Positions 36,535-46,369 are shown, numbered from the stretch's first letter. The stretch is DNA of 64,000 nucleotides from Candidatus Aenigmatarchaeota archaeon (GCA_046539325.1 JBKHHD010000004.1:16549-80548), one strand, 5' to 3'. The notes: generated from the letters alone by a model not told the origin. A program made the numbers and translations.

Positions 36535-37185
36535 TCACTGTATCTGGGAAAGTATATTTTCTATGGCACCGTCATCGTATATATTTTTCTCCGAGGCTGG
36601 AGTTCCATGTCCAGGAAGAAGTACGGATATATCTCCAAGGTTTTTGATTCTTCTCAGCGACTCCTTTATCTTTTCCTCGCTGCCGCCGGGTATATCCGTC
36701 CTACCGAAACCATCAGTAAAAATTAAATCACCGGAGATCAGAACTCCCTTGTCTTCGTCCCAGAGGACTATTGATCCAGGAGCATGGCCAGGTGTATGCA
36801 AAACTTCAAAGCTGTACGTGGAAGTTTCAAGAGTCTCGTTCTCCTCTAATCTCTCGTCAACCTCCGGAGGTTCGAAGTCACCATCGAAGGCCTGCGAAAG
36901 GCTTCTTTCCTCAGTAAGTTCTGCGTTCTCATGAGCAAGGAGCTTCGCGCCTGTTTCCTCCTTGAGTTCCTCCGCGGCTCCGCAATGGTCGAAATGTTCG
37001 TGTGTCAGAACTATTCTTTTGATCTTGTTTTTGTCCACGTCAAATCTGTCCATCTGTTCCAACGTTTCTTCAACGAAGGAGCCAGTTCCTGCATCCACTA
37101 ACAGCTCGTTGTCGATGCAGTAGACGTTTGAGTCCATACCGGCGCCATTCAGCAATAATATGTTTTCGGTTATTTGCATAAGCAA
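36535..37185 (-). CDS. metallo-beta-lactamase fold hydrolase
   Basis: LTHEHFDHCG (HxHxDH) motif; 216 aa. Confidence 0.8.
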   Translation of the reverse strand: MLMQITENILLLNGAGMDSNVYCIDNELLVDAGTGSFVEETLEQMDRFDVDKNKIKRIVLTHEHFDHCGAAEELKEETGAKLLAHENAELTEERSLSQAFDGDFEPPEVDERLEENETLETSTYSFEVLHTPGHAPGSIVLWDEDKGVLISGDLIFTDGFGRTDIPGGSEEKIKESLRRIKNLGDISVLLPGHGTPASEKNIYDDGAIENILSQIQ

Positions 37186-37266
37186 GTATTCTTCAGAAAA
37201 ACTTAAATAGGTTGGTCTTCTTGAAAACTTAGAAATTTAAAGAAAGGAAGAAAAGACTTAAAGAGT

Positions 37267-37776
37267 ATGGATCCTGAGGATACCGAAGAAGAAGTTCTTA
37301 TGGACCTGAAGCCATCCAGACGTCGGTTCATAAAGGAATACGTAGGGGCCGCAGTCTGGGCCATAATAGGATTTGTTATACTATACGGCAACTGGACATT
37401 TCCCCTTCAGGAGACATTACGCCGGCCGGAGCTACTCGGTGCAGCCTTTTTCTTCTCAGCGGCATTTCTCTTCACTTCATATGCAGAAGCAAGGAGATAT
37501 GTTGAACATTATATAATCACGAATACAGCTGTTTACGAGGACATAGGTGTTTTCACAGATCGGCACACGGACCTCCCTTTCATGAAGCTAGAAAGATGCG
37601 GTGTCCATAGACCTTTCATAGAAAAGATCATGGGTATAGGAGACGTGAGAGTTGATTCAGGCCGCGACTTCTTCATCATAAAGGGGGTAACCAATCCCAA
37701 TGACGTGGAGAGACTTATTGAAAGAAGGATGAGGGAGGTCATGGGCGGTGGAAGCGTAGCTGCCGTCAACGATTAA
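37267..37776 (+). CDS. membrane-flanked bacterial-type PH domain protein (bPH_2/DUF304-like)
   Basis: Two N-terminal TM helices followed by a ~90-aa beta-rich domain; typical YdbT-like layout. Confidence 0.5.
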   Translation: MDPEDTEEEVLMDLKPSRRRFIKEYVGAAVWAIIGFVILYGNWTFPLQETLRRPELLGAAFFFSAAFLFTSYAEARRYVEHYIITNTAVYEDIGVFTDRHTDLPFMKLERCGVHRPFIEKIMGIGDVRVDSGRDFFIIKGVTNPNDVERLIERRMREVMGGGSVAAVND

Positions 37777-37779
37777 ACT

Positions 37780-38001
37780 CTACTGTCGAATGTTCATGTG
37801 GTCCGAAATAAGCTTCTCTTCTTCGCTCTCGCTTATCTTGATGAGGACTGCAATGGAAATTACACAGAAGAAAAAAGCCAAGGCCAGCGAGGACCATAGA
37901 GAAATAATACTGGAGCCAGGAACCATCAAATTCATCAATAAAGAGTAAAATGAAAAAGTAACCGGAATAGCAAGTGCAAAAAAGGCTTTGGGTCTTATCA
38001 T
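37780..38001 (-). CDS. small membrane protein
   Basis: 73 aa, two hydrophobic helices. Confidence 0.35.
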   Translation of the reverse strand: MIRPKAFFALAIPVTFSFYSLLMNLMVPGSSIISLWSSLALAFFFCVISIAVLIKISESEEEKLISDHMNIRQ

Positions 38002-38032
38002 AGTTTAGAAATATTCGTCAGAGAATAAAAAT

Positions 38033-39133
38033 CTATCCTTCCTTGGATCCGCTTTTCAGTCTTCCGTAGATGGCATCTTCCACATAATCAAGGAATTCAT
38101 CTATCGGACCGGCAATGTTCTTATCGGCTGTTGGAGTATCCTTTTTTATGTCGTGCTTAGTTTCAGAGCCTTTCATATCGTCTACAAAACCGTCAAGCTT
38201 CTTTAGAAAGAGATCAGAAGACAGTGGAACGCCCCTTTCATCTTTTTCCTTGTCAAAGTATTTTTCGGGTTCCTTGCCATCAATCAAGAAATCCCTGTAC
38301 TGCTTGAAGTTACTGTTCCAGTCTTCAAAGCTATAGTTTTCGTCTTCAAAAATAAGGTCCGCTGCAAGTTCTGCGAACTCCTCTGCTTTCTCGCCTCTTT
38401 CCTCTATAACTTTGAATCTAGTACCTTGATACATACCCAACGCAGCCTTGAGGTATGTCTCGGCTTCCAGAGGATCAACACTCCACAGACCATCCTTTCT
38501 TTTTTTCAAGGTCAGCTCAGCCGAAAGCTCCAAATGGTCGTTCTCCAAGCTCAGTTCATAGTTGACCTCCCTTTCACCTTTCATGGTTTTAGAATCAGAA
38601 TCAGTAACCACCCAGCTCGCAGAAACCTTTTCTTCACCTAAGGTCATGTTCTTATTCCAGGAGTCTATGTCTTCATGCCTCTCCATATGTCTTGCAAAGA
38701 GCTCGGGGAACTCAGAGAAGGTACTGTAGTCATACTTCGTTTCCGGGGCCTCAATTTCCTCCCTCAAAGAATACGTATACTTTCTCGAAAAACGTTCTTC
38801 TTCCCATTTTTCACCCATGTTGTTTATCTCGTTAGCTATCTTTTCTGGAGGACTTTTCACACTTAAAGCTGCCTTCCTCCTACCGTTTTCCCAGATTCTT
38901 GTTCTGTAAAGCTCTTCGTTTTCAAGGCCGTGTATAATCCCTTGTCTCAGTCGCCTGGAAGAGGTATCCTTGAAATCTCTCCGCAGCTTCTGTAAGGTAA
39001 TTGTATCTTTGAAGATGCCCTCAGAAGCGACGTAAGGAACAATATACTCTGATATCTCTTCTGCAGTTTCTTCATCTATCCCATTTGATTCGCCCATGAA
39101 ATCACCTTTCTTTGTTATCGTCGTGTATCTCAA
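38033..39133 (-). CDS. hypothetical protein (third gene of unknown operon)
   Basis: 366-aa acidic ORF; its start overlaps the upstream gene by 32 nt; no motif recognised. Confidence 0.55.
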   Translation of the reverse strand: MRYTTITKKGDFMGESNGIDEETAEEISEYIVPYVASEGIFKDTITLQKLRRDFKDTSSRRLRQGIIHGLENEELYRTRIWENGRRKAALSVKSPPEKIANEINNMGEKWEEERFSRKYTYSLREEIEAPETKYDYSTFSEFPELFARHMERHEDIDSWNKNMTLGEEKVSASWVVTDSDSKTMKGEREVNYELSLENDHLELSAELTLKKRKDGLWSVDPLEAETYLKAALGMYQGTRFKVIEERGEKAEEFAELAADLIFEDENYSFEDWNSNFKQYRDFLIDGKEPEKYFDKEKDERGVPLSSDLFLKKLDGFVDDMKGSETKHDIKKDTPTADKNIAGPIDEFLDYVEDAIYGRLKSGSKEG

Positions 39134-39926
39134 CTAATTTCATCCTACCACAGTTCAGTAGTTCCTCTACAATTTCTCTTTCAGGTTCTCTGAAGTCAAG
39201 GACAGCCTCCTCTGAACCCTCAAATCCGAAGTTTATGACCTTACAGTCAACCTCCTTTTCAGGATACTCCTTCTCAACAAGATAAGCGTTGCCTAAAGTC
39301 TGTAAAACATGGTCTTTGTTGAGTTCTTTGACTACCTTTATCTCCCGAAGGCGCGCTTTATCATCTTCCCAAAAAACATCCGCCTTGCCCACCACACCGT
39401 TACTCCTGAACATTCTTTCAGATTTTATATCCGGTATCTTAAACCCATGCATCCCTTCAGCATTGAAGTCAGTCCGAATAAGTTCGTCGACGTAGTCCTC
39501 CTTAAGAAACTGTTCAGCAGCCCTTTCGCCATGTTTCTCAAGGTAGAAACCCATAAAGCTTTCGTAGATCTTTCCAATGCTATCAAACAAGTCATCCTTT
39601 CTGTAGTTTACTGTATTCCCTGAAAGTAAATCTCTTCCAAAGCTCTTGCATTCATCAACAAACTCTTCCCCATCTTCCGAAATCAAGGCCAAGGAAGGGG
39701 ACAACGCGTAGAGCTTCTGAATAAAGTCATGTGCTATTTTCTTCTCCTCACTATTAGGAATCCAGATACCATCATCAGGTTCGTATTTATTGTCGAAGGT
39801 TCTTTCTGTCTTGCTCTGTGCAGCGTCGCCGCTTAGGACCTTATAAATTTCTTCATCAGGCAATTCACCCTTTCTTATATCATCGACACAACCAAGCTGA
39901 GATGTGTAAATGTCCACAGAAATCAT
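39102..39926 (-). CDS. hypothetical protein (second gene of unknown operon)
   Basis: 274-aa ORF; its start overlaps the stop of the upstream gene (ATGA). Confidence 0.55.
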   Translation of the reverse strand: MISVDIYTSQLGCVDDIRKGELPDEEIYKVLSGDAAQSKTERTFDNKYEPDDGIWIPNSEEKKIAHDFIQKLYALSPSLALISEDGEEFVDECKSFGRDLLSGNTVNYRKDDLFDSIGKIYESFMGFYLEKHGERAAEQFLKEDYVDELIRTDFNAEGMHGFKIPDIKSERMFRSNGVVGKADVFWEDDKARLREIKVVKELNKDHVLQTLGNAYLVEKEYPEKEVDCKVINFGFEGSEEAVLDFREPEREIVEELLNCGRMKLVEIHDDNKER

Positions 39927-40228
39927 TCCTCCAAAAGAACTCTTATCGAATCAAAATAAGATATACAGTATTTAAGCCCTTTCCTGTTTCTTAATACATC
40001 AAGCTTTCCGTCTATCAAAACGTCGATACCTTTAGTTTTATCGTCTTCAAGATCCTTATATACTTCTTCATAATCAGACTCATTCAGCCTAACGACCTCC
40101 GCCGATCTGGAGTCAGACTCATTAAAATAGAATTTTTTAGATTCTCCATCGTACCTGAGAGTACCCCTGTACAGTCCTTCTTCGCCTACATACTCCTCGG
40201 AAATATGTCCCAGGTCTTTGTCTTTCAT
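39923..40228 (-). CDS. hypothetical protein (first gene of unknown operon)
   Basis: 101-aa ORF; no motif. Confidence 0.5.
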   Translation of the reverse strand: MKDKDLGHISEEYVGEEGLYRGTLRYDGESKKFYFNESDSRSAEVVRLNESDYEEVYKDLEDDKTKGIDVLIDGKLDVLRNRKGLKYCISYFDSIRVLLEE

Positions 40229-40239
40229 GTAAGGTTTAC

Positions 40240-40758
40240 TTGTTCCAAAGGCTTAAATATCGTGAAAAAAAACGCCGAAAACAATTCAAACATGGGATAT
40301 TACCTCATTATATCATGTCAGAAATGAATTCAGAGACTAAGGAAGAAATCAAAAAAGGCTACGAGGCTCTCTGCTACGTTGCTCAGGAAGAACTTGGAAA
40401 GGACGGGATCCCTATTCCTGAATCCTGCATAATCGCAAAGGAAGTCCAAGAAGAAACTAATGGAAAGATCTTCAGTTACATGGAGAAAACAGATAGGGAT
40501 AAGTTAAAGGAGCTTGTAGAAGATGCAAGTGATAAAAGACCAAATGACGTCCTAGACGAAATTTACAACAACAGAAAAGAACTGAGAAGCATCTTCAATG
40601 TTGCACAAACAAACGGAGTAAGCTTAGGTAAAACAGGACATGACGAGGCATGCATTTACAATTCATCTTCAAGGCTTCCAGAACAATACAAGGACCACCT
40701 TGATGAGATCAAAGAAAAGGCAGGGAAATTTTTGGACGACGACAGAAAAGAAAATTAA
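40240..40758 (+). CDS. hypothetical protein, divergent from the unknown operon
   Basis: 172-aa ORF; a more likely start is Met at about 40315 (MSEMNSETK...). Confidence 0.45.
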   Translation: MFQRLKYREKKRRKQFKHGILPHYIMSEMNSETKEEIKKGYEALCYVAQEELGKDGIPIPESCIIAKEVQEETNGKIFSYMEKTDRDKLKELVEDASDKRPNDVLDEIYNNRKELRSIFNVAQTNGVSLGKTGHDEACIYNSSSRLPEQYKDHLDEIKEKAGKFLDDDRKEN

Positions 40759-40848
40759 GAAGATTTAATTTACCTGAAGTAATTCTAATTAATAGTTTTG
40801 AGTTATTTGTAATCATATAATAGTAACATATTTTTTAGAAGATCAGAT

Positions 40849-41952
40849 CTAAACTACTTTACCCAAGTAGAGGTTGTGTTTGCTTCTTAGGATTTCCACA
40901 TCGATCTTCTCTCCAATGGTAGTTTTCTCTCCGTTGAGAACTGTTATAGTTCTATGGTCTGAAACAGCCAGCTTCTGTCCAGGATTCCAGCCCTGTGCAA
41001 GCACTTCAGCTTTGACCTTCTCACCCCTTCTAAAAACCTTAGGCAGGGCAAATCCTACCTTCTCTATGTTGAAGTCTTTGGGGCTTAACCTTAGCTTTAT
41101 GCTGTACTTTTCTTCCAAAGACCTAAGCTTGTTGTGAAACTCCTTCCAGGATTTTTCACTGCAGCCGTCGACCTTCCTACCGTTTCTATGCTCTCTGTAC
41201 TTCTGTATTCCCAGCGCAGGCCAGTTCTCTCCTGCGCCTATACCCTTCGCGTACTGTACAATCTCCTCAATATCTCCATCGTTCAGGCCGTCTATCCAGA
41301 CAGGAGCTATGAGTAGGTCTATTTCGCTTTCGGCTATAGCTTCAGCGTTTTTCCTCACCTTGTTTAGATCGTAGCTACCGGTTCCTGCCATGAACTTCGC
41401 TCTTTCATCTTCCAGAGAGTTGATGGTCAGATTTATCCTGTCCAGTCCTGCTTCCTCCAGCTGATTTATCATCTCTTCGTCCAGAAGCATTCCGTTGGTC
41501 TGCATGGACATAACCTCCACGTCCTCAAGCCTGGAAAATCTATCCACGAGCTCCACGATCTTTGGATAAAGAAGTGGCTCGCCGCAGCCGTCTATATGCA
41601 TTTCTACATCATTGCTTTCCTTCCTCGAAGCCATAGCTCCCGCGTACTCGACCATGTAGTCCGGGGATACTTCATACCTCGCTTGTTTATTGCCTTCTGG
41701 ACCTTCGTCCACGGAACAAAAGGGACAGAAGAGGTTACAGCCGGAGACAGGTCTTATCTGCAGCAAATTCGTGCCTCTGTCCACGACCCCAAAGGGAAGG
41801 GCTCCAGTCAGAGGAAGATCTACTTCTTCGCCAACCTTAACCAACTCTCTATCGTCCATAGACCTAACTAAGCCTGTGAAATGATTTAAAGAAAGGGGTA
41901 ACCGCGATCTATAAGTGTCTTGAGAAGAAACTATAATGTTATGAATAAGCAC
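40849..41952 (-). CDS. radical SAM protein with C-terminal TRAM-like domain
   Basis: CNLFCPFC (Cx3Cx2C) cluster; C-terminal beta-barrel-like segment GEKVKAEVLAQGW...LGKVV. Confidence 0.75.
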   Translation of the reverse strand: MLIHNIIVSSQDTYRSRLPLSLNHFTGLVRSMDDRELVKVGEEVDLPLTGALPFGVVDRGTNLLQIRPVSGCNLFCPFCSVDEGPEGNKQARYEVSPDYMVEYAGAMASRKESNDVEMHIDGCGEPLLYPKIVELVDRFSRLEDVEVMSMQTNGMLLDEEMINQLEEAGLDRINLTINSLEDERAKFMAGTGSYDLNKVRKNAEAIAESEIDLLIAPVWIDGLNDGDIEEIVQYAKGIGAGENWPALGIQKYREHRNGRKVDGCSEKSWKEFHNKLRSLEEKYSIKLRLSPKDFNIEKVGFALPKVFRRGEKVKAEVLAQGWNPGQKLAVSDHRTITVLNGEKTTIGEKIDVEILRSKHNLYLGKVV

Positions 41953-43302
41953 GATCTTGTGATTGTGGGTTCAGGCTCAGGCCTACAGGTTGCGAGAGCC
42001 GGAGCTCAGAAGGGATTAGATGTAGCCGTAGTTGAAGAAAGCGCAATTGGTGGCACCTGTCTGAACAGAGGATGCATACCTTCTAAGATGTTAATACACA
42101 GAGCAAACGTCGCCGAAACGATAGAAGACTCTGAAAAGTTCGGTATAAGCTCAACCTTGGAGGATATAGACTTCCACGGAATAACTAAAGAGGTGAATGA
42201 AAGCGTGGACTCTGACTCCGAAGCTGTCAGACAAGGGATAAAGAGGTCAGGCATATACACGCTTTACGAGGACAGAGCTTCCTTTGTCGACGAAAGGACA
42301 CTAAAGGTAGGGGATGAAAAGGTAAGGGGTGAAAAGATGGTTGTAGCTGCGGGTGCGAGACCGAGGATACCTACTATTGAAGGCTTGGACGAAGTAGATT
42401 ATATAACAAGCAAGGAGGCCTTGAAGCTCGAGGAAAGGCCCGAACACTTGGTGATTGTAGGCGGTGGATATATAGCAGCTGAGTTAGGACACTTTTTCGG
42501 CTCCATGGGATCAGACATAACCGTGCTGGAGGCAAACGAAACTTTGATTGGCGGGGAGGACAGAGAGGTTTCAAAGAAGTTCACGTCTGAGTTCTCGAAA
42601 AGGTACGAAGTCAAAACAAACACCAAGGTAAAGAATGTTTCACAGAAAAGAGATAGAAAAAAGGTAACTGGCGAGAAAAACGGTGAAACTGTGGAGGTTT
42701 CTGGTGATGAGCTGCTCATAGCCACCGGAAGAAGACCAAACAGCGATATACTTGATGTAGAGAAAGGAAACGTTGAAACGGATGAAAAGGGCTTCATCAA
42801 GGTTAACGACAAGCTTGAGACGACAGCCGAAAACACTTGGGCTCTTGGTGATATAGTAGGTGGAAAAATGTTGAAGCACGTTGCAAATCTCGAGGCAGAG
42901 TATGTTACTATGAACGCGGTCATTGAACACGAACATAGCGTGAATTATACAGCTATTCCACATGCGATATTCTCCAGTCCTGAAGTTTCAGGTATAGGCA
43001 AAACAGAAGAGGAGCTGGAAAAGGAGGGGAAGGAGTACCTCAAGGGAACCTTCAACTACGAGGACACGGGTTTTGGCTCAGCACTGAAGAGCAAGGGTTT
43101 TGCAAAGGCACTTGTAAGCCCAAAAAGCGGCGAAATACTTGGATGCCATATCATTGGCCCGAGAGCATCGATGCTTATACACGAAGTCTCTGTCTCTATG
43201 AGAAAAGGTTCCGGCAAAGCTGATGACATAATTAAAAGTATCCACGTGCATCCAGCTCTGAATGAAGTCGTTCAGAGAGCATTTGAATCCCTGGAATATT
43301 GA
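41941..43302 (+). CDS. lpd: dihydrolipoamide dehydrogenase-like pyridine nucleotide-disulfide oxidoreductase
   Basis: GSGSG FAD motif and redox-active GGTCLNRGCIPSK; the start is taken at MNKHDLVIVGSG. Confidence 0.8.
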   Translation: MNKHDLVIVGSGSGLQVARAGAQKGLDVAVVEESAIGGTCLNRGCIPSKMLIHRANVAETIEDSEKFGISSTLEDIDFHGITKEVNESVDSDSEAVRQGIKRSGIYTLYEDRASFVDERTLKVGDEKVRGEKMVVAAGARPRIPTIEGLDEVDYITSKEALKLEERPEHLVIVGGGYIAAELGHFFGSMGSDITVLEANETLIGGEDREVSKKFTSEFSKRYEVKTNTKVKNVSQKRDRKKVTGEKNGETVEVSGDELLIATGRRPNSDILDVEKGNVETDEKGFIKVNDKLETTAENTWALGDIVGGKMLKHVANLEAEYVTMNAVIEHEHSVNYTAIPHAIFSSPEVSGIGKTEEELEKEGKEYLKGTFNYEDTGFGSALKSKGFAKALVSPKSGEILGCHIIGPRASMLIHEVSVSMRKGSGKADDIIKSIHVHPALNEVVQRAFESLEY

Positions 43303-43413
43303 CTCTCACATTTTCTGGATTTCATCAAAATTCTCTTGTCAAGCATTTCAAGGTATAAAAATTTTAAGTTTTAAGCCCTTTATCTGGGGTGTCGGACTAT
43401 AGTATCTCACTAT

Positions 43414-43659
43414 TTGTCAGTATATGGATTAGAAGCATCGGGAATAACCCTGAGTATGGTCTTCATTTACTTCTACTTGAGCTTAATATCAGATGTCGAG
43501 GAAGAACTAAAAAGGGAAGTGCCAGATCCTTACCACGGAAACTTTTGGTTTACAAGAACTGAAGCAAGAGAAATCAAGGACAGAGTGAACGAGAGATTCT
43601 GGTCAAGTATACGCAAGAACTTGTATGAGATTCGTACAGGAAAAATAGAGGGAAAATAA
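43414..43659 (+). CDS. hypothetical small protein
   Basis: 81-aa ORF with one hydrophobic helix. Confidence 0.3.
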   Translation: MSVYGLEASGITLSMVFIYFYLSLISDVEEELKREVPDPYHGNFWFTRTEAREIKDRVNERFWSSIRKNLYEIRTGKIEGK

Positions 43660-43671
43660 TTAATAAGAATT

Positions 43672-43824
43672 TGGAGCCGCCGGTGGGATTTGAACCCACG
43701 ACCTGCTGATTTCTAAGCCAGCTTTCATCCGCGCAGAACGCGTCAACAAATCAGCGTACAAGTCAGCCGCTTACCGAAGGACGTCATACGACGTCGGTTT
43801 CCGGCCGAACTGAGCTACGGCGGC
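43672..43824 (-). tRNA. tRNA-Thr(UGU) candidate with two introns (D-loop intron ~31 nt; canonical 37/38 intron ~46 nt); CCA encoded
   Basis: In minus-strand orientation: acceptor GCCGCCG/CGGCGGC, T-arm GTGGG-TTCAAAT-CCCAC, discriminator T plus CCA. After removing the two insertions, the anticodon arm is GCTGA-CTTGTAA-TCAGC and the D-arm is GCTC...AAGC. Spliced length is 76 nt. Confidence 0.6.
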
Positions 43825-43913
43825 ACGTACAACCATTACGGATATACTCATTTTTATACTTTTACTCAAAAACCCGCGTAAAATTTATACCTATTAAAAG
43901 CAAGTATTAAGGC

Positions 43914-44366
43914 ATGCCTGATTTGGTTTTCCTGTATATAGAAATAATTGCCAGCATCTTAGGAGGACTTGTAGCAGGAGCTCTGTCGCTCCTTGTACTG
44001 AAAAACTACGAAATGGCAGAGCATACAACGGAAAGATTTTCTCAAAAACTCAGCCTTGGAAAAAAGACATCTTTCATCCTGTTTTCGGTTGTGATCGCGA
44101 TTATCCATGGTCTCATAGTAAGTGCTATCAGGATGTCAGGTCTCATGGGAAACGTATCACTTCTGATGTCCACACCGTATCTACTGCCCTTCACAATAGT
44201 ATTCTCTGTCGGAATGTTTCTTGGACTTTGGAAATATTTCCGAAGAGAAAAAGAGAAGGATGAAAGGAATCAGTGGATAAAGATCGCAGTGCTGTACAGT
44301 TTTGTACTGAATATAGTCTCTGGCTTCCTTACGTTCTTCTTGGGAATGCTGGTGTTCTTTTCGTAG
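43914..44366 (+). CDS. membrane protein, hypothetical
   Basis: 150 aa, 4 TM helices. Confidence 0.5.
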   Translation: MPDLVFLYIEIIASILGGLVAGALSLLVLKNYEMAEHTTERFSQKLSLGKKTSFILFSVVIAIIHGLIVSAIRMSGLMGNVSLLMSTPYLLPFTIVFSVGMFLGLWKYFRREKEKDERNQWIKIAVLYSFVLNIVSGFLTFFLGMLVFFS

Positions 44367-44374
44367 AACCAAGA

Positions 44375-45637
44375 TCACATGCGGATTTTCTTTAGAATAT
44401 CCTCTGCTGTGTCCTGAGAAATCCTGTCCTCCTCTGCCATCCTTTCAGCCACTTTGTCCACCTCTTTGCCCTCGGCTCCGGCTTGCTTGGCTATGTTCTT
44501 TGCATGTAGTTTCATGTGACCTTCCTGTATTCCTTCCGTAACAAGAGCTCGAAGTGCAGCGAAGTTCTGCAAAAGGCCTACGGAAGCCATAACTTGAGCA
44601 AGTTCCTCTGAAGAGTCCACATCCAAGATCTTAAGCGAAAGCTCCGCAGTCGGATGGAGGGAAGTTATACCACCCACTGTTCCGACCGCAACGGGAACCT
44701 CTATACTGCCTCTGAGCTTTTCGCCTTCAATCCACCACTTTGTCACCGGACCGTATCCATTTTTAGCTGCATAGGCATGAACCCCAGTTTCGAGAGCACG
44801 GGAGTCGTTGCCCGTGGCTGTACAGACAGCGTCCATGCCGTTCATTACACCCTTGTTATGTGTTGCGGCACGATAAGGATCCGCCACCGCAAATTCGTAC
44901 GCGCCAACGATGGCTTCTGCGACTTGTCTTCCGCCCATTTTTTCCTTCTGCAGAGTTTCGAAGCCAAAGGAAACCTCGGCCTCCGCAAGACGTCTATCGG
45001 AGAGATTGGAAAGTATCCTCAGATTAGTTTTGGTATTAGTTAAATCCTCTATCGTAGGAGCAATGGTCTCACACATCGTGTTTACAGCGTTAGCTCCCAT
45101 AGCGTCTCTTACATCCACGATAACATGAACAACGGCCGTTCCTTCCTTGTCTATATCTCTGACTTCGATATCTCTGGCACCACCACCCAGCTTGACCAGT
45201 GTCTCGTCAGCAGCGTTTGCTTCCTTGATCAGCCTCTCTTCGTTTTCCATTATAGTTTTACGGAACTCTTCGAACTTATCTACGCCGTTGACTTGAATCT
45301 GTCCTATCATCTCTGGTTTAGTCGTTTCTGCTTCTACGCCTCCGTTCTCTCTTGCAAGCTTTGCAGCGTAGGAACAGGCCGCCACCACGGACGTTTCCTC
45401 CACGGCCATGGGAACCAGGTAGTCCTTCCCGTTTACCTTAAGGTTCGTTGCGATTCCTAACGGGAGCTCGTAGTTAGAAACCACGTTTTCTATCATATCA
45501 TCTGCGTTTTTTTCACTCAGAGCTCCAAAGTTCTCAAGTAGCTCCATATCTTCGTCTGTAAGCCCGGCCCTGTCCTTGAGAACTCTTCTCCTTTCTTTCG
45601 GGTCAAGTTTATAGAAGCCGGATATCTTGCTGTCCAT
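44375..45637 (-). CDS. hmgA: 3-hydroxy-3-methylglutaryl-CoA reductase (class I, archaeal type)
   Basis: 420-aa HMGR catalytic domain (ELPLGIATNL..., VGTVGG, DAMGAN motifs). Confidence 0.9.
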   Translation of the reverse strand: MDSKISGFYKLDPKERRRVLKDRAGLTDEDMELLENFGALSEKNADDMIENVVSNYELPLGIATNLKVNGKDYLVPMAVEETSVVAACSYAAKLARENGGVEAETTKPEMIGQIQVNGVDKFEEFRKTIMENEERLIKEANAADETLVKLGGGARDIEVRDIDKEGTAVVHVIVDVRDAMGANAVNTMCETIAPTIEDLTNTKTNLRILSNLSDRRLAEAEVSFGFETLQKEKMGGRQVAEAIVGAYEFAVADPYRAATHNKGVMNGMDAVCTATGNDSRALETGVHAYAAKNGYGPVTKWWIEGEKLRGSIEVPVAVGTVGGITSLHPTAELSLKILDVDSSEELAQVMASVGLLQNFAALRALVTEGIQEGHMKLHAKNIAKQAGAEGKEVDKVAERMAEEDRISQDTAEDILKKIRM

Positions 45638-45694
45638 AGTTACCTAATCAATTTCGTGGATTAATTAAGGTTATGTGTTGCTAATGTCGAACCT

Positions 45695-46369
45695 ATGAGT
45701 CAGAGAAGACAAAAGCTTATAAAGGTAAACGAGTATTGTGGCAAATTAATAGACGTTCGGTTCGCCCCCAAAACCGTAAAAAAGAATTCAGATAAATATA
45801 TGAAACCCAAAAAGGTAGAGGCCACGAACTCCGGTGTAAAAGCCGAAGGAAGCTGGGACGAAATATGCCAGTTCTTAAGAGACTTCGAGTCAACTACGGA
45901 GGAAACAGAGCCAGATAAAGCTGTAGAGGAACTCAACCGCTGGAGGCCGAGGGAAGACGAAGAGGACGGGAAGGTAGTTGAGAAGACGGCCGAGGAAGCT
46001 TCCATGAAGAAAAGGGGAGTTGAAGAGAAATCCAACGGCACAAAGGAAGATCTGAAAGAAGCTGAGAAAAATCTCGCTAACTCTGTAAAGGTGAAAAGGG
46101 GTGAAAGCCCACAGAAGGAACTGAAAAGCGCCTCTGAAAAGATCGCAAGGGCCATAAGCGTCAAATCTATAGAGTCTCTCAGAAAGGCCGAAGAGTTCAT
46201 ATACGAAAAGTTCATGATAAAGTTCAACTCCTGTTACTTTGATACAGGCAAATTTTCGGTGAACCTGAAGAGGGAGAAGAATGGTGAGTATTCTACGAAG
46301 ATAAACATACCAGATGAAAAGCTCAGGGAAAGGACCCAGGAAGAGATGACAGGAGAAGGTAACCAATGA
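45695..46369 (+). CDS. charged hypothetical protein upstream of PiT-like transporter
   Basis: 224 aa, K/E-rich; its stop overlaps the transporter start (ATGA). Confidence 0.45.
   Translation: MSQRRQKLIKVNEYCGKLIDVRFAPKTVKKNSDKYMKPKKVEATNSGVKAEGSWDEICQFLRDFESTTEETEPDKAVEELNRWRPREDEEDGKVVEKTAEEASMKKRGVEEKSNGTKEDLKEAEKNLANSVKVKRGESPQKELKSASEKIARAISVKSIESLRKAEEFIYEKFMIKFNSCYFDTGKFSVNLKREKNGEYSTKINIPDEKLRERTQEEMTGEGNQ

Noticed and set aside
41920-41952. 33-nt head-to-head overlap of the radical SAM and lpd ORFs
   Set aside because: It shrinks to about 12 nt if lpd starts at MNKHDLVIVGSG and disappears if the radical SAM gene uses an internal Met, so it is a start-codon artefact rather than a real antisense overlap.
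43672-43824. Alternative reading of the tRNA as intron-less or single-intron with anticodon UAG (Leu)
   Set aside because: That reading needs an 8-nt anticodon loop (CTTAGAAA) and leaves no D-arm. Only the two-intron solution yields a complete cloverleaf.
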